Below the pieces are notes generated by a model. That model made no database searches. It was not told the DNA's origin and saw only the letters and a program-made list of their open reading frames with translations. The translations under genes were made by a program, and so were the position numbers. A stretch of DNA of 64,000 nucleotides from Eledone cirrhosa (lineage: Eukaryota). The stretch covers positions 45,508,001 to 45,572,000 of the forward strand of contig OZ024741.1 of the NCBI GenBank assembly GCA_964016885.1. The letters are read 5' to 3'. Below, one piece after another: positions 40,239 through 56,236 of this stretch (the first letter of the stretch is position 1; every line of letters begins with the position of its first letter).

Positions 40239-42262
40239 ATGCCACCTAAAAAGAGAAGTCGCCTCAGTCGACATACCGCGTCAGCAGTGGCGCAAAAGGC
40301 TACTATAGCAAACGAGTCCTCTGAGGAAAATGCTTCAAGACTTTCACAGACAGCCTTACGTTCAGCAGAATGTCGAGCCGCTGAAAGTTTCCAACAGCGC
40401 ACCGCACGCCTAGCCGAAATGACTTCATACCAGGCTTCTTCTAGGGCTTCAGAGAGCCATGAACAAAGGTCGAAGCGCCTGGCTAGAAACGCTGCGACTA
40501 ATGCTGCTTCCAGGTCTTTGGAACGTTTAAAACAACAGACGGCTCGCCTTCCTACGGACGCTGCGACTATGACTACTTCCATGGTTTCTGAAGATGCAGA
40601 CGGGCGGTCCATTAGCATTGCAAATGTTGCGTCTGCTATTGCTGCCAGACCTTCCCACCAACCACACGACCAATGTTCTACGTTCAAGCGTAACAGTCGA
40701 CGGCGAGAAGCTGCACGCGGTGTGACGAGCCCCAACAGCCCTTACTGGCACCTACGGGCTTTCAAGTATGAGCAAAACGTTAATTACTCGATGCGCTCTG
40801 ACATAAATATAGGCGAGATGCGCTTCAATTGCCAATTCTGCAATGCTACAAAGTGGGCTTGGGAGCCACCTGCAATGTGGTGCTTAAACGGTAACGTCAC
40901 CTTGACCCCTCTTCCGGAACCGCCAGAGCCTTTGAAGGAACTACTGACTGGTTATACCTGAAGGTCAAAAAAAAAAAAAACCCGGATCCCCCAAATAAAA
41001 AACGCTCCTAGGGGTACCGGAAAAACTTTTGTAACGAATTTGATTCTCGCTAAGATTCGTCAGGAGGAAAAAGTTGCGTTGTCCGTTGCATCGTCCGGAT
41101 CGCTGCTACTTTGCTGCCGGGAGGCAGGACAGCACATTCAACCTTTAAACTCCCTTTGGATTTAGTAAAAACTGAGACACCAACATGCAATATCAGCAAG
41201 AGTTCACACAAAGCTCTGGTTCTCAAAAGATGTTGCCTCATTGTTTGGGATGAGTGCGCAATGGCACACAAGGGTGCCCTTGAGGCATTGGACAGGTCCC
41301 GGAAAGACATTAGGGATTCTACGGCTTCTATGGGTGGCGTAACTCTTCTGCTATCAGGGGATTTTCGGAAAACGCTGTCTGTCATCCCCAAATGGACAAG
41401 AGCTGATGAAGTGCGTGCCTGTCTTAAGTCGTCCATGTTGTGGCTCCAGGTGAATAGTTTGTACCTGAGCACAAATATGCGTGCTCATTTGCATGGTGAC
41501 AACATGTCTGCAGCACAGAACATTTTAGCACTTGGTGAGGGCAAGATCCCTGCGGATGACAAGGGCGGCATAGCAATCGACACCCTGTGCAACATTGTGA
41601 GCAGCCCTTCTGACCTTTGGGAAGCAGTTTTTCCTAATGTCTCATCTAACTTTAAAAACCTCGATTGGCTCAGCGAAAGAGCCATCCTTGCTCCGAAAAA
41701 TACCATGGTTAATTTTATTAACGAGCAGCTGATTGATAAGATTCCCGGTAAAGAGCACATCTTCAAATCAGACCCCGACGATATCGTTAATTATCCGGTT
41801 GAGTTATTAAATCTCCTTGAGCCCCAGGGACCCACCTCACATTATTAAGCTTAGGGTTGGCTGTCCCATTATGCTAATAAGGAACTTGCGTGCACCAAAG
41901 CAGTGCAACGGTACTCGCATGGTCGTCAAGTCACTGACACCCACTTGATTGAGGCCACCATTGTAACGGGGTGCGGAAGGGGGGAGAATGTTTTCATTCC
42001 AAGGATGAACCTTTTCCCCTCGGCGTCAGATATCCCGTTCGATTTCCGACGATCCCAATTCCCGGTGAGACCATGTTTTGCCATGTCCATTAACAAGTCA
42101 CAAGGGCAAACATTGTCGGTGGCGGGCATCCATTTGGAGGAGCCATGCTTCTCCCATGGCCAACTTTATGTTGCCTGTTCCCGCGCAGGGAGCAGGAATG
42201 GACTTTTTGCTTACTCTCCTCAAGGGATGACACGCAATATCGTCTACAAAGAGGTGCTATAG
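40239..42262 (+). pseudogene. Helitron RepHel remnant: N-terminal zinc-finger region joined to a Pif1-like SF1 helicase, HUH Rep domain missing
   Basis: CQFCNATKW..EPP..C.NG..PEPPEPL, then from about 41000 APRGTGKT, GGRTAHSTFKLPL, IVWDE, GDFR, TNMR, FAMSINKSQGQTL, FSHGQLYVACSR, NIVYKEVL, with frameshifts. Confidence 0.9.
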
Positions 42263-43113
42263 ATGTTGGTGCAGGTGTTGGAGCTATGCCGTCTGGAACA
42301 CTATTTCCTGGAAGGGTATCCCATGGCGGACAGATCTGACACCCAGCGGCATCAGGGCCACCATCTTGCAACTTTGGTCTACTAAATTCGCTATTGGAGG
42401 ATTATTAACCCATCATTGATTGACCAACATGCTAATTGGTTCGTAACTTTTAATAACCGGTTCAACTACTTTATGCACTTAATTGATAAGCTTATTCGCT
42501 TTCAAACCACGTTTACCTGTATGTAACTTTTCATAGCAAATGAACAAACCCGAGCAACGACGGGCTAAACTGCTAGTATATATATATATATATATATGAA
42601 TAAAATTAGTCCTTCATCAGTGATCTTCCAACCGTCATTGGTAGTTCTTCGCATTAAAGATCATATACCTCTGGTTGGTGCGAGCAATAACTAAAAAAAA
42701 GTTATTGGGACATGTAAAATAGGGTGAAGCGAGCGAGACATGTAAACAAACAGAGAAGGTAATGCAAAGGAAAGAGAGGAAGAGGAGAAACAAGTCCGTG
42801 ATATCTATGAACTTAAGTTCGGTGAAATCATAGACGAGAGATACAGACCATCCAACCTGGGTGAGATGTGAGCGAGAAAAGTATTTCACACAGGTCAAAC
42901 GGGAGGAAATGAGAGAAGGGGAGTAGCAGAGAGGGAGTGAGTGAAAGTGTGAGGAAGAGGCCAGCTAAGAGAGAGTGACTGGCTATACCTCTGGTTGGTG
43001 CGAGCAATAACTAAATATTATTATTTACCTCCGGTCAACACATCAGAGTACGTAGATACTTGAAATAATTGTACAGCCTTATTGTACAGCCAACCATGTT
43101 ACTCTTTATTCTT

Positions 43114-45935
<2,822 letters not shown>

Positions 45936-45949
45936 ATATATATATATAT

Positions 45950-48761
45950 AAATTACACAATTATCAAAGTTATGTTCAAATCATTGTATTGCTCACAATC
46001 GTTTCTTCCAAACTTTCGTTTGGAGTGATCAGAGCACTAGCAATGTTTGTACATATAATTAACCTTCTACAACTGAACAATCATATAGATACATATATAT
46101 TGTGAACAACAGTTTCGTATTTGCAGGGTGGAATGGATGCGACATATATTATACGAGAATTGTACAATAATTCAAATTCAAATTAAAAGCACAGAGTGGA
46201 ATACATGCTACAGATAATACAAGGGCATAGTCTAATAATTAAAGAGGCATTGAGAAGGAATTAGGACACTAGCAGTATATATGCAAGCGTGCAGAGAGTG
46301 CACATGCGTGATACATATATATGAAAGAAACAGGCAAAGGTATTAGGCATATATAAATGCTGTATGGCAAAGGTATCACATAAAATAAAACAGATATACA
46401 AGCATATCAAGCAAAGGTGTTAGTGTATTAAAATTTATGGTGGATGTAATGTGATGATTGTTTCTGTAGTGTTCAAATGTGTATGTGTTGAGAGTATCAA
46501 AGTTATTGTTATCTTTTCCATTACATATGTTAAATTATATTTTAGTTAATGTTTATATTGACTGATTTTAGTTAGTTACAGCAATGGATTGTAAATTGGT
46601 CTTATTGTATTCTTATCCATGGATTAGAGTTGTTCTACAGTGAGTTTTTGTAACGGTTTAATTTCCGGAAGTGAGTATGAGATACAAAATTAAGGGGAGC
46701 TAATGCGTAAGGGGAGGTAACTAGCTAATTAAATTAAATTAAATTATATAGGAAAGTATCAATTATTTAAATTATTTGCTCTAATATACATTATATTTGT
46801 TACAAGTGAATCCCTTCTATATAATGTTATTTATTTATATTTAATTTTAAATACAGTCTATTTTCCTATAATACATTAAATGTCTCATTACATTGCTATC
46901 TATCCATTACTGGACAAGAAATAAGTTATGGAAAAATGTATAGCTGTTTGCAGGTCCAATTAGTTAAATCTCTTGTGTCATTATTATACATTATATTATG
47001 TTAAAAGTTAATCCCTTATATACAATGCTATTAATTTATATATTTAATTATAAATGTATATATAATTTTTTATCACATATTACATTAAATGTCTCTGCAT
47101 ATATATCCATTACTGTATATAATATAAGTAAGCTATAGTAGTTATATTAAAATTTGGCAACTTTATGTTTATTTCTAATAGTTATTGTAGAGTATAAGGT
47201 TTGAGATAAATAGGAGTTGTGTAGAGGAAAGAGCTGATCAAAGAGTTTGATGCTGTGGGGGCTGATAAGTCCTAGAGGTGAAGTGTTAATAGTGGTGAGG
47301 AATTCAAATCTGACATTGTTATATACTAAGCAGCTAGGTTTAAAGTTATGGAAAGAGTGTCGGTAGTGGTGCTGGCATGAGGAAAATATCTCTGATTTTC
47401 TATTTAGGAGGTCTAGTTTCGAAAATATTATACAACGGGTCTCTAGAAAACAGAGGTTACACAATTTATTCGGTGGTTTATACGATGTAGCATACCTACT
47501 ACTTCCTATTGAAGTGTATATGGGCTATTCCTAGTTTTCAGAGACTGTATGTAGCTAGATAAAGAAGTGGAGTTGGCTAGATTGAGACTTTTGAAAGAAT
47601 TGAGGTGCCAGTTGTATCTCCTCTTGAAGCAGTTCGAAGTTGAGCCAATATATGTTTTACAAGAGTTGTTTGTGTTGACCGTGCATGATATTTTTGATTA
47701 GGCAATTTTTACCTAAGGGGCAAGTTCTATTTGTTCTACAGTTACAGTTATTCTGGATGTTTGCTTGCCGGTTACTATGTTGTGTAGAAGTCTGGTTGTT
47801 AGGGATAGCATTAGGGCAATGACGGTTGTCGTTCCTATTGTTATTGATTTCATTAGTGCTATTACCTTTATTATTATTGCTACTAGGATTTAGAGTTCCT
47901 CCTGTTGTTATGTAAGTTTACCCCTGTTGTGTTTTAATTAGTTGGAAATAATTATTAATCTTCCTTTTATTACTACTAGCTATATGGTATGCGATGTTAG
48001 GTGTGGTAGAGTAAGAGATTTTAATGGTATTTTTATTGATAAGGCTATGGTATTTGTGGTCGGTTGGGAAGTATTTTTCTAGGATTGAGAAGAAAGCCTT
48101 AGGCAAGTTGGTAGAGACGTTTAGATTGAAAGGGGGATTGAAGAATGTATTAGTTCTTCTATTTTTGTTTTTTGTAATGTTTTTAGAGGTATTTGTATTT
48201 CTGTTTATATTATTATTGTGGTGTTTACTTTGGTGCGAGTTAAGTTTGATATTACCCTTCGTATTAGACTTAGAGTAGCTAGTACTTTTATTATTTTTCC
48301 TCATGGCCATATTGTGAGAAATAATGTTGTAACTATGTGATTTTATAGGTAGGAATTCAATCTCATTTTTATGGCCTGATTTAGCTAAGGCCTCGTTATA
48401 GTATTGGGAATTATTGTTAAATATGGTTTTGTTATATGATAGATTAGAGATTCTATTATATATTCCTTTAGTAATGGGGTTTAATATGGATTTAGGGTGG
48501 TTAGATTTGGTATCCACATAAAATTAGTTTTTTGTGTGGTTTATGAAAGGGTGTATATATTGTTCTACAGTGAGTTTTTCTAACGGTTTAATTTCCGGAG
48601 TGTGTATGAGATCCCAAATGCAGGTAATTTATATTCCTGGCCTGTAAATCACCTGATGTTCTTAATTTGAGTTATTTCTCTTACTGGTAATAAGGTAGTA
48701 ATACATTACTGACCTTTCCTGTTTATAGTTGTTTATAGTATATACATAACTATAAATAGTA

Positions 48762-48762
<1 letters not shown>
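45950..48762 (-). mobile_element. Naiad-type PLE, 5'-truncated and degenerate, long 3' UTR
   Basis: SNHP..FFNPPFN..KISYSTTPN (47918-48517). CNCRTNRTCPL..YIGST..CNLCFLE..CQH (about 47330-47750). Decayed HHR at 45990-46036. Inverted tail at 48624-48762. Confidence 0.85.
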
Positions 48763-48802
<40 letters not shown>

Positions 48803-48998
48803 TGAGGGCGGTTGATTGGCAGTATCGGTAGAGGGTCGGACGCCATGCTTTCCAGCATAGTTACGTCCCTTTACGATCTGAGTTCAAATCTCGCCGAGGT
48901 TGACTTTGCCTTTCATCCTTACGGGGTCGATAAAATAAAGTACCAGTAATGCACTGGGTAATTGCTGGCCTAGTGCCTAAAGTAGAAACAATTATTAT
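48803..48998 (+). mobile_element. SINE family A, apparently full length
   Basis: tggcagtatcggtagag..gagttcaaatc..gcctttcatccttacggggtcgataaaataaagtaccag..gtagaaacaattattatta. Confidence 0.85.
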
Positions 48999-49029
<31 letters not shown>

Positions 49030-52000
49030 ACTTTGATAGGTTTCGGCCAGTATACGCCCAGGCCATGTCTAACTTAATAGCATCACCTGGCGAAGTCTTA
49101 CAAATCAGTGTTTGGGCAAAGACTTCTTGAACTTGATGGGGTCTGTTTCTGCTTTGATGTGTTTTGGTGTAATCTTAAAGAGAGAGGTGAAATAATTGTG
49201 CCGTATTTTTGTTATGAGATGCGAGTGAGATTTTAGTCGTGGGCGGATAGTATGGGGCCCAAGCCTTGGGTGTACATTAAAGGTGATGCCAACATCATTT
49301 GGGCAAAGCTGATGGAATATTTTCCACATCATGCAGATAATGTAGCGCTCACGGCGACGTTGGATAGAATAACGGTTCAGTTTTTCTAATCGACTCCAGT
49401 AGTCAAGGCCTGTCATGCCATTTATCTTTTTTGTAATAGACCTTTGGGGTGCTTCAACTTTCATGATACTTTGTTTCGTGCGGGGAGACCAAAGTGGACA
49501 ACGGTATTCAAGGTGGGGTCGGGTAAAAGTGGAGAAGAGAAGGATAACAGTGTGGATATCTCTCGATTGGAAAGTTCTGAGAATCCAGGAACACATTCTG
49601 CGGGCTATATCAACTTTACTGTTTATATGAGTGGCCCAGCTCATGTTCTTCTCCACAATTACTCCCAGGTCTCTGATGTTATTGGAAGCCACCAGAGTTT
49701 CACCCGAAGGAAGAGAGTATGGTAGTTTCAGGGCATTCTTCTTTCCAAAGTGGATTAATTCAAACTTATCCTCATTCAACAGCATATTATTCTTTTCTGC
49801 CCATTGGATATCAGGCAGTAGGCCTGACTGAAGGCAAGTCCGATCATCCAACTCATTGATGACCCTTTGGAGCTTGGAATCATCTGCGAAGCTTCTTATG
49901 TTGCTGCGCTTGATGATGTCAGTAATGTCATTAATGTACATGATGAAAAGAAGTGGGCCCAGCACAGTGTCTTTTGGGACGCCACTGCTGACTTTGGCAG
50001 GGCTTGATTTTACTACAACATGCTGGGTTCTGTCTGTCAGGAAACATTTGATCCACTGTAGTAACCTTCCAGAGACACCAACATTGGATAGTTTTTCAGT
50101 AGAATCTTATGATAAACCGTGTCAAAGGCCTTGCTGAAATCAAGGTAGATGACATCAGTGTTGGAGCCCTCTACCAAGGCTCTCAAAACATCGTCAAAGT
50201 GATGCAGGAGCTGCGTTAGGCTGTCCCTTCCATTACGGAACCCATGTTGGTTGGAGTTCAACAGACCGTTACTTTCAAGAAAGTGGGTTATTCGTGATCT
50301 CACGACCCTCTCAAGTAACTTGATAATATGAGAGCTGAGTGACATCAGAGGATAGTTCACTGCAAGGGACTTATTTCTCTTTTTGAAGACTGGGACAACG
50401 GACTGGGACAGAAAGTTTTCAGGTATATAGCCAGTGTCCAGTGAGTTCCTCCACAGATTAGCAAGAGGAGATGCAAGTTGGTGTCGACACACCTTCAGGA
50501 CACAAGCAGGGAACCTGTCTGGGCCTGCTGCAGAATTGTGTTTAATTTCGTTTATTACCGCTAAGACATCAGGGGCGCCAAACATTATGTCTAATACAGT
50601 GTGTTGGGGTTAGTATCACTGATACGGCCCAGATCGGCCATATCAGGGTTGCTGAAAACAGAGCAGTATTGTTTCTGCAGTATCTCGCCCATGGTTTTGG
50701 CATTGTCTTGGAGTGTGCCATTTTCATCAACTAGAGGGGCAACAGTGGAGACGCTGACCTTGTGTTTTTTAGCAAATGAAAAGAACACTTTGGGGTTGAG
50801 TTTTATTTTCTCAATGGCCCACCTCTCTTCAGCTATTCTCTAGTTATTGATGATGGTCATCATGCATTGCTGGAGGTTATATTTCTTGACTCAAGCAGCG
50901 CGATAGCCATCGAATGTGCGTGTTGCTGTTGGCAGTATTTAGTGTGTTAATTTATTTATTTGTTCTTTTTATTTTTCTGATAATTGTTTTTCTGTTTTGA
51001 GGGATACTGTACTTGGTTTTGTTCACAGGTTTTGGTGGGCTGTGTTTTGTACATATATTTATGACAGTGTCTACAAATATCTGCCAAGATGTTTTGATGT
51101 TGGTGGAAATGTGTGCGTGTGTAAAAGACCAGTCAACATGTTATAGTTCGTTCATAATTGCATCCCAGTTGGCATTGTAGAGATCCATGTTATCAAATAG
51201 ATGGGATGGAATGAGGACCCTGGGATTAGCTTTCGGCTGGTGGAATCTCAGATTACAAAGAACCATGTCATGGTCTGAGAGAAAGGTTTTTTCCAGTGTA
51301 ATATTATGGATAGTTTTAGTGTAGTTACTAAACACTAGATCCAGTATGTTCTGATGCCTTGTTGGTGCAAGGACAAGAAAAACTCATTCGTGAAGTCAAG
51401 AAGTGACTTGACAGCCTCTTTGTCAGTGGTTGAGACTGTGGAGCCTGGTTTCAAACTATATATAGACCAATCGACACAGGGTAGATTAATGTCTCCCATC
51501 AAAAGTATGTTGTTGCTAGAATGGCACTGTTTAATAAAGCATTTAATACTGTTGAGGCATTCTTTGAAGCAGATTATGGGTGTTTGTGGTGGCCTATAGA
51601 GCCCAACTAATGTCAGGTCATTGGTTTTATTTTGCACAGTGACTGATTCACAGTAGCCATTGGAGAATGTTGTGTTACCATCTGCCGTAAAGGAAACATG
51701 CAGGAAAATGGTAGTTCTACCCTTCCTTCTGCCAACACGATCCGCATGGATGGTTGTGAAATTCCTCACTCTTACTTCGGCCTCCAAGTGGGAGTTGTCA
51801 AGGTGGGTCTCAGTAAGAATGAAGAAGTGAATGTGAAATGGATGGTTACCAACCCAATCCTCAATGAATTGGATCTTCCATTTCTGTGCATTGATGGATG
51901 GGCTGATACCTTGTGTATTGAGCAAAAATGTGGAGGCTAGTGTGGTGGCTGGGTTTGACTGTTGCAGGGGGGCTTGTTTTGAGATTCTGTGTTCGTGACA

Positions 52001-52075
52001 GCAAGGATGGTGTTGGGTGATGGCTAAAATGTTTTTCTCTATCTCTTTTGCCAGCTTCATAGCTAAAAAAGAAAA
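49030..52075 (-). mobile_element. CR1-group LINE ORF2 (APE + RT), frameshifted
   Basis: LTETHL, GLYRPP, MGDINLP, LSDH (APE). AAGPD, QHGF, YLDFSKAFD, LGPLLFIMYIND, FADDSK, DLGV, PHLEY..WSP, RRRER (RT and CR1-like tail). Confidence 0.88.
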
Positions 52076-52328
52076 AATGTCTTGTTCAGGGAGCAGTTTT
52101 GGGGGTTTCTAATATGTACAGTGAGGGGGAGGGGGGCATACAGCTCCATAGATTTGTTTTTAAAGTTCTTTTGACTACGGCATGGCTGTGGTCGTGATGT
52201 GTGGGAAGAAAGCAGTGGTGGTGACGATGATGATGATGACAACTGTGGTGGGAGAGAAAGCAGTGGTCCATTACTAGCAGTTGATGTGGTAGAAGATGGT
52301 GACGGTGGTGATGGTGATGGCGATAATG

Positions 52329-52385
<57 letters not shown>

Positions 52386-52523
52386 GATATATATATGTGT
52401 TTAATGGTAGCTATGATGCTTCCATAGGCGGTATGACAGTTGAGCACTATGTTTTCTTAGAGAGCAGAGTGTGATATAATATAAAACGAAAAATAAGTGA
52501 TGCATCTGGACTCAATTTATTGT

Positions 52524-52611
52524 GTGTTACAATTGTTTCGCCGGCAGACATCTCGAAACACGAACATTGTATGGATCTGTCTGATTCTAGAACTGCAGGT
52601 TCGTCGGACAC
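52524..52611 (-). ncRNA. Hammerhead-like motif with a long stem II, in a remnant of about 380 bp (52395-52777)
   Basis: gtgt-CCGACGA-acctgcag..ctgccggc-GAAAC-aatt-GTA-acac. Confidence 0.55.
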
Positions 52612-52799
52612 TTGCAATAATTTCGAAAAAAATTTTCTCACTGGGGTTTTAGCTTCAAAAAACATCTTCCTCGCTTGTCCTGCTGTTGGCTGTTGTTTTC
52701 TACGTCATCATAAATTCTGGCCAATATTTGCTGCCTTACTGCCCATCAGCTACTCTCCGTCCAACATACTACAATGATATATATATATATGTATATATA

Positions 52800-52891
<92 letters not shown>

Positions 52892-53723
52892 AAGAGTTAA
52901 ACAAAATTCAATGAGTATATCAAAGAATGAGTGTTACAGTAGATTGGAAGCACGCTACGGAAAATAATTTTCCGGAGTTATTATTAGAATATAAATATTA
53001 ATAGAACATCTATTTTATTAATATTAAAAGAACATCTATTTTATTAATATTTATATTCTCTCTATCTCTATATATATATATGACATTTTCTATAAATCAT
53101 TGCATACAGAAATTTGAACGATTATCAAAGCAAATAATGAGGCATTAATGACTGTTGTTTATTGTCAATTCTACGAAAGGAAAATGACTTCCTGTTCTTT
53201 ATATAATATAATAATGTCTTGATACGTTAAAATGAAATTTATCTATAAAGATATTAATTAACTTGTGCTATATCCTACGATATTCTACTATCAGAATCAG
53301 TGAAATAATTAATCTTTACAATGTTCTTCCTTACGTTGTAGAAATAAAAATAAATATGTTTAAGTGATAAGAAATAATGGCGAAATTTAATTATAAGCAT
53401 AAATATATATATTTACGTGGTACAATATAGCGTAAGAAAATATCGGCTTGAACATTTATTCCGGATGAATAGATCAATATATCCAATGCATGATACATTT
53501 TACTGGACTACTGTAGTCCAAACATTGTATTTATATTGATATTTTCTCATAAATATTTAAGGGATTTACGCTAATATTTTATACAGTGCTATAAGGCTTT
53601 CATTTCAAGCTTATAGTCTCCGGAACAGACGTTAAATGACTATGACAGGGAATTGAATATGCGTAAATATGTTGGGAAATTTTAACTTTACTCGTCAATG
53701 AAGAAACGTGGTGCTCGTCTCAG

Positions 53724-53774
<51 letters not shown>

Positions 53775-55600
53775 TTCAAGAGTAACCAATCTTAAATAGA
53801 GAGATGGAGATAGGAGAGGAGAGATTGGTGAATTAGTTAGAAGCCAAAGCGTAAAGGCATGTGCTCAATGTGCAATATGCAGTAGAAAGCAGCTAGGTGG
53901 CTGGGTTCATGCAGAAGTTAGGTGCGCAGAGCTGGAAATATTCATTAGTTAAGAAAAACAAGACCACAAATTTCACAAGGGAGACATTATTAAAAAATTT
54001 CAACATATTTTACTTTGATGTAAGGAATGTAGAGAATAATAATAATAATATTAATAATAATAATGTCCGTCTACAATTTTTTCGCTACTCCATATAATAT
54101 TTCTGGATCAAATGACTGTATATCATTATTGATATGGTTCAATTGAAAATAATTAACATATTTAAAGACAGAGCGACTCACCGGAACTTCAAAGGAATAT
54201 AAATTAAAATAAGGAAAGAATGTTACATAATGTAATGTTCCATATATTGGTATTTCACTATGGTTTCCTGGGTGTATCAATTGTCTGCCATAATCAAGCA
54301 GTGTTCATCTGTCGAGTCTGCATTGTGTGAGATTTGCCTATGGGTAACAAGATGGCAGCCAATGGACATATTTACCTTACTAATTAGAAGATGGTTTCAG
54401 GGGAAGTAACTCCTCGAGAGATTAGAAATTGTGGGTAGTTTATAGTTAAGTGCTAATTTTTCAATTTTTTAATTGAGAGACAATGTAGGGGGGAGGGGGT
54501 AACTTATAATTATCTAAGTTAGTTATAGCTATTTAACTTATTAGTTACAAGTAAAGATGGGGCTAGATGACTATGCTGGGTCAAATATTCTGTTGGCGAA
54601 GGAATTAGCCCTTCGATGTTGACAGCTAATAGTTACCTCCGTTCTATTGTTAATCGTTAGAGGTCGTCATTGAGTTATGTAATATGCTTCGGTAATACAG
54701 AGATCACAAGATTTTTAACGTCCATTGAACGGTTGGGCCCTAGCTAAGATATCCCATGTTAGTGAGTGTTCAATGTTGGTTAATTTAAGGTTTTTAATGA
54801 GCCTAGCTAGAGATGTCGAACATCTGATTTTAGGGTCTCGGAAGGAAAAAGAGTGCGCGTTAAAGCGTACCTTAAAAGGGTTAGAGGTAGACCCGATATA
54901 GGAGCTGGTATTCGAAGCAGTTTTAACCGTGCACCTATAGACTATGTTGGGTGTCAGGCAGTGTCCATTTAGTGGGCATACATTAGGTTAACGGCAGTTG
55001 CAGTTGCTTCTGTGGTTAGTGAGAGTAGTGTAGTTTGACCTAAGCGATTGGTTAGTGTTATAAGGATTAGATGGGGGAGGTGTGCTACTAGAGTAAGTGT
55101 TGGTGTAGTGGCGTGGTCTATTTGATAGGGGTGGTGGTACCGCGGTGTGGGAGTTATACTGTCTTAGTTTATGATGGTTACTGAATGCGATGTGGCTAGC
55201 TAGGTTAGGTGTTGTGGAGAATGAGATTTTAATGTTATTTACTCGTAACTAATAAGTTAAATAGCTATAACTAACTTAGGTAATTATAAGTTACCTCCCC
55301 TACATTGTCTCTCAATTAAAAAATTGAAAAATTAGCACTTAACTATAAACTACCCACAATTTCTAATCTCTCGAGGAGTTACTTCCCCTGAAAACACCCT
55401 CTAATTAGTAAGGTAAATATGTCCATTGGCGGCCATCTTGTTACCCATAGGCAGATCTCACACAATGCAGCCTCGACAGATGAATACTGCTTGATTATGG
55501 CAGACAATTGATACACCTAGGACACCATAGTGAAATACCAATATATGGAACATTACATTATGTAACATTCTTTCCTTATTTTAATTTAAATTCGTTTGAA

Positions 55601-55719
55601 GTTCCGATGAGCCGCTCTGTCTTTAAATATGTTAATTGTTTTCAACTGAACCAGATCAATAATGATATATAGTCATTTGATCCAGAAATATTATATGGAG
55701 TAGCGAAACAATTGTAAAC
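55601..55719 (+). ncRNA. Hammerhead-like motif with a stem II domain of about 90 nt
   Basis: gtt-CCGATGA-gccgctct..ggagtagc-GAAAC-aatt-GTA-aac. Confidence 0.55.
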
Positions 55720-55738
55720 GGACATTATTATTATTAAT

Positions 55739-55930
55739 GGAGGGCGATGGATTGGCAGTATCGGTAGAGGGTCGGACGCCATGTTATCCAGCATAGTTAC
55801 GTCCCTTTACGATCTGATTTCAAATCCCGCCGAGGTTGACTTTGCCTTTCATCTTTACGGGGTCGATAAAATATAGTACCAGTAACGCACTGGGTGATTG
55901 CTGGCCTTGTGCCTAAAGTAGAATGACAAT
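55739..55930 (+). mobile_element. SINE family A in the right PLE arm
   Basis: Absent from the left arm and replaces about 50 bp of it. No TSD seen. Confidence 0.82.
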
Positions 55931-55981
55931 CTTTTAATAATGTCTTCCTTGTGAAATTTGTGTTCTTGTTTTGCTTAACTA

Positions 55982-56017
<36 letters not shown>

Positions 56018-56023
<6 letters not shown>

Positions 56024-56236
56024 TTAAGTCGTTTGGAAGCCTCGACAATGCAAATGGGTAAATCTCCGGGTAACAAGGGGTCCGGTGGTGGAGAGAGAGA
56101 TGTGAGTGGGTGTACGTTGAGATGCTTGGTGTGTATAAGATGTGTAGAAGAATGAAGGGAAGAGTATAAAGGATAAAATAAATATAACAACACGAGAGAG
56201 AGTTACCTTGGGAGAGATTTAATAGTCCCTATATAT
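56018..56236 (-). mobile_element. Solo arm of the 24.2-24.9 kb element
   Basis: Direct match to 24250-24482. Confidence 0.8.

Larger units (their letters stand above)
36172..42576 (+). mobile_element. Helitron, internally deleted, with nested insertions
   Basis: Probable 5' a|TCtataaaaggcag. 3' hairpin cccg-agcaacga-cggg followed by CTAG|t at 42573-42577. Internal subrepeats (36622-36826 similar to 39898-40105). The 5' end is less certain than the 3' end. Confidence 0.8.
53773..55983 (-). mobile_element. Naiad-type PLE GIY-YIG fragment with an inverted duplication of about 600 bp
   Basis: About 54580-55240 encodes KISFSTTPN..CNCR*PNVCPLNGHC..IVY..YIGST..CDLCITE..CQH. 53945-54552 is inverted to 55245-55983. 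Confidence 0.88.
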
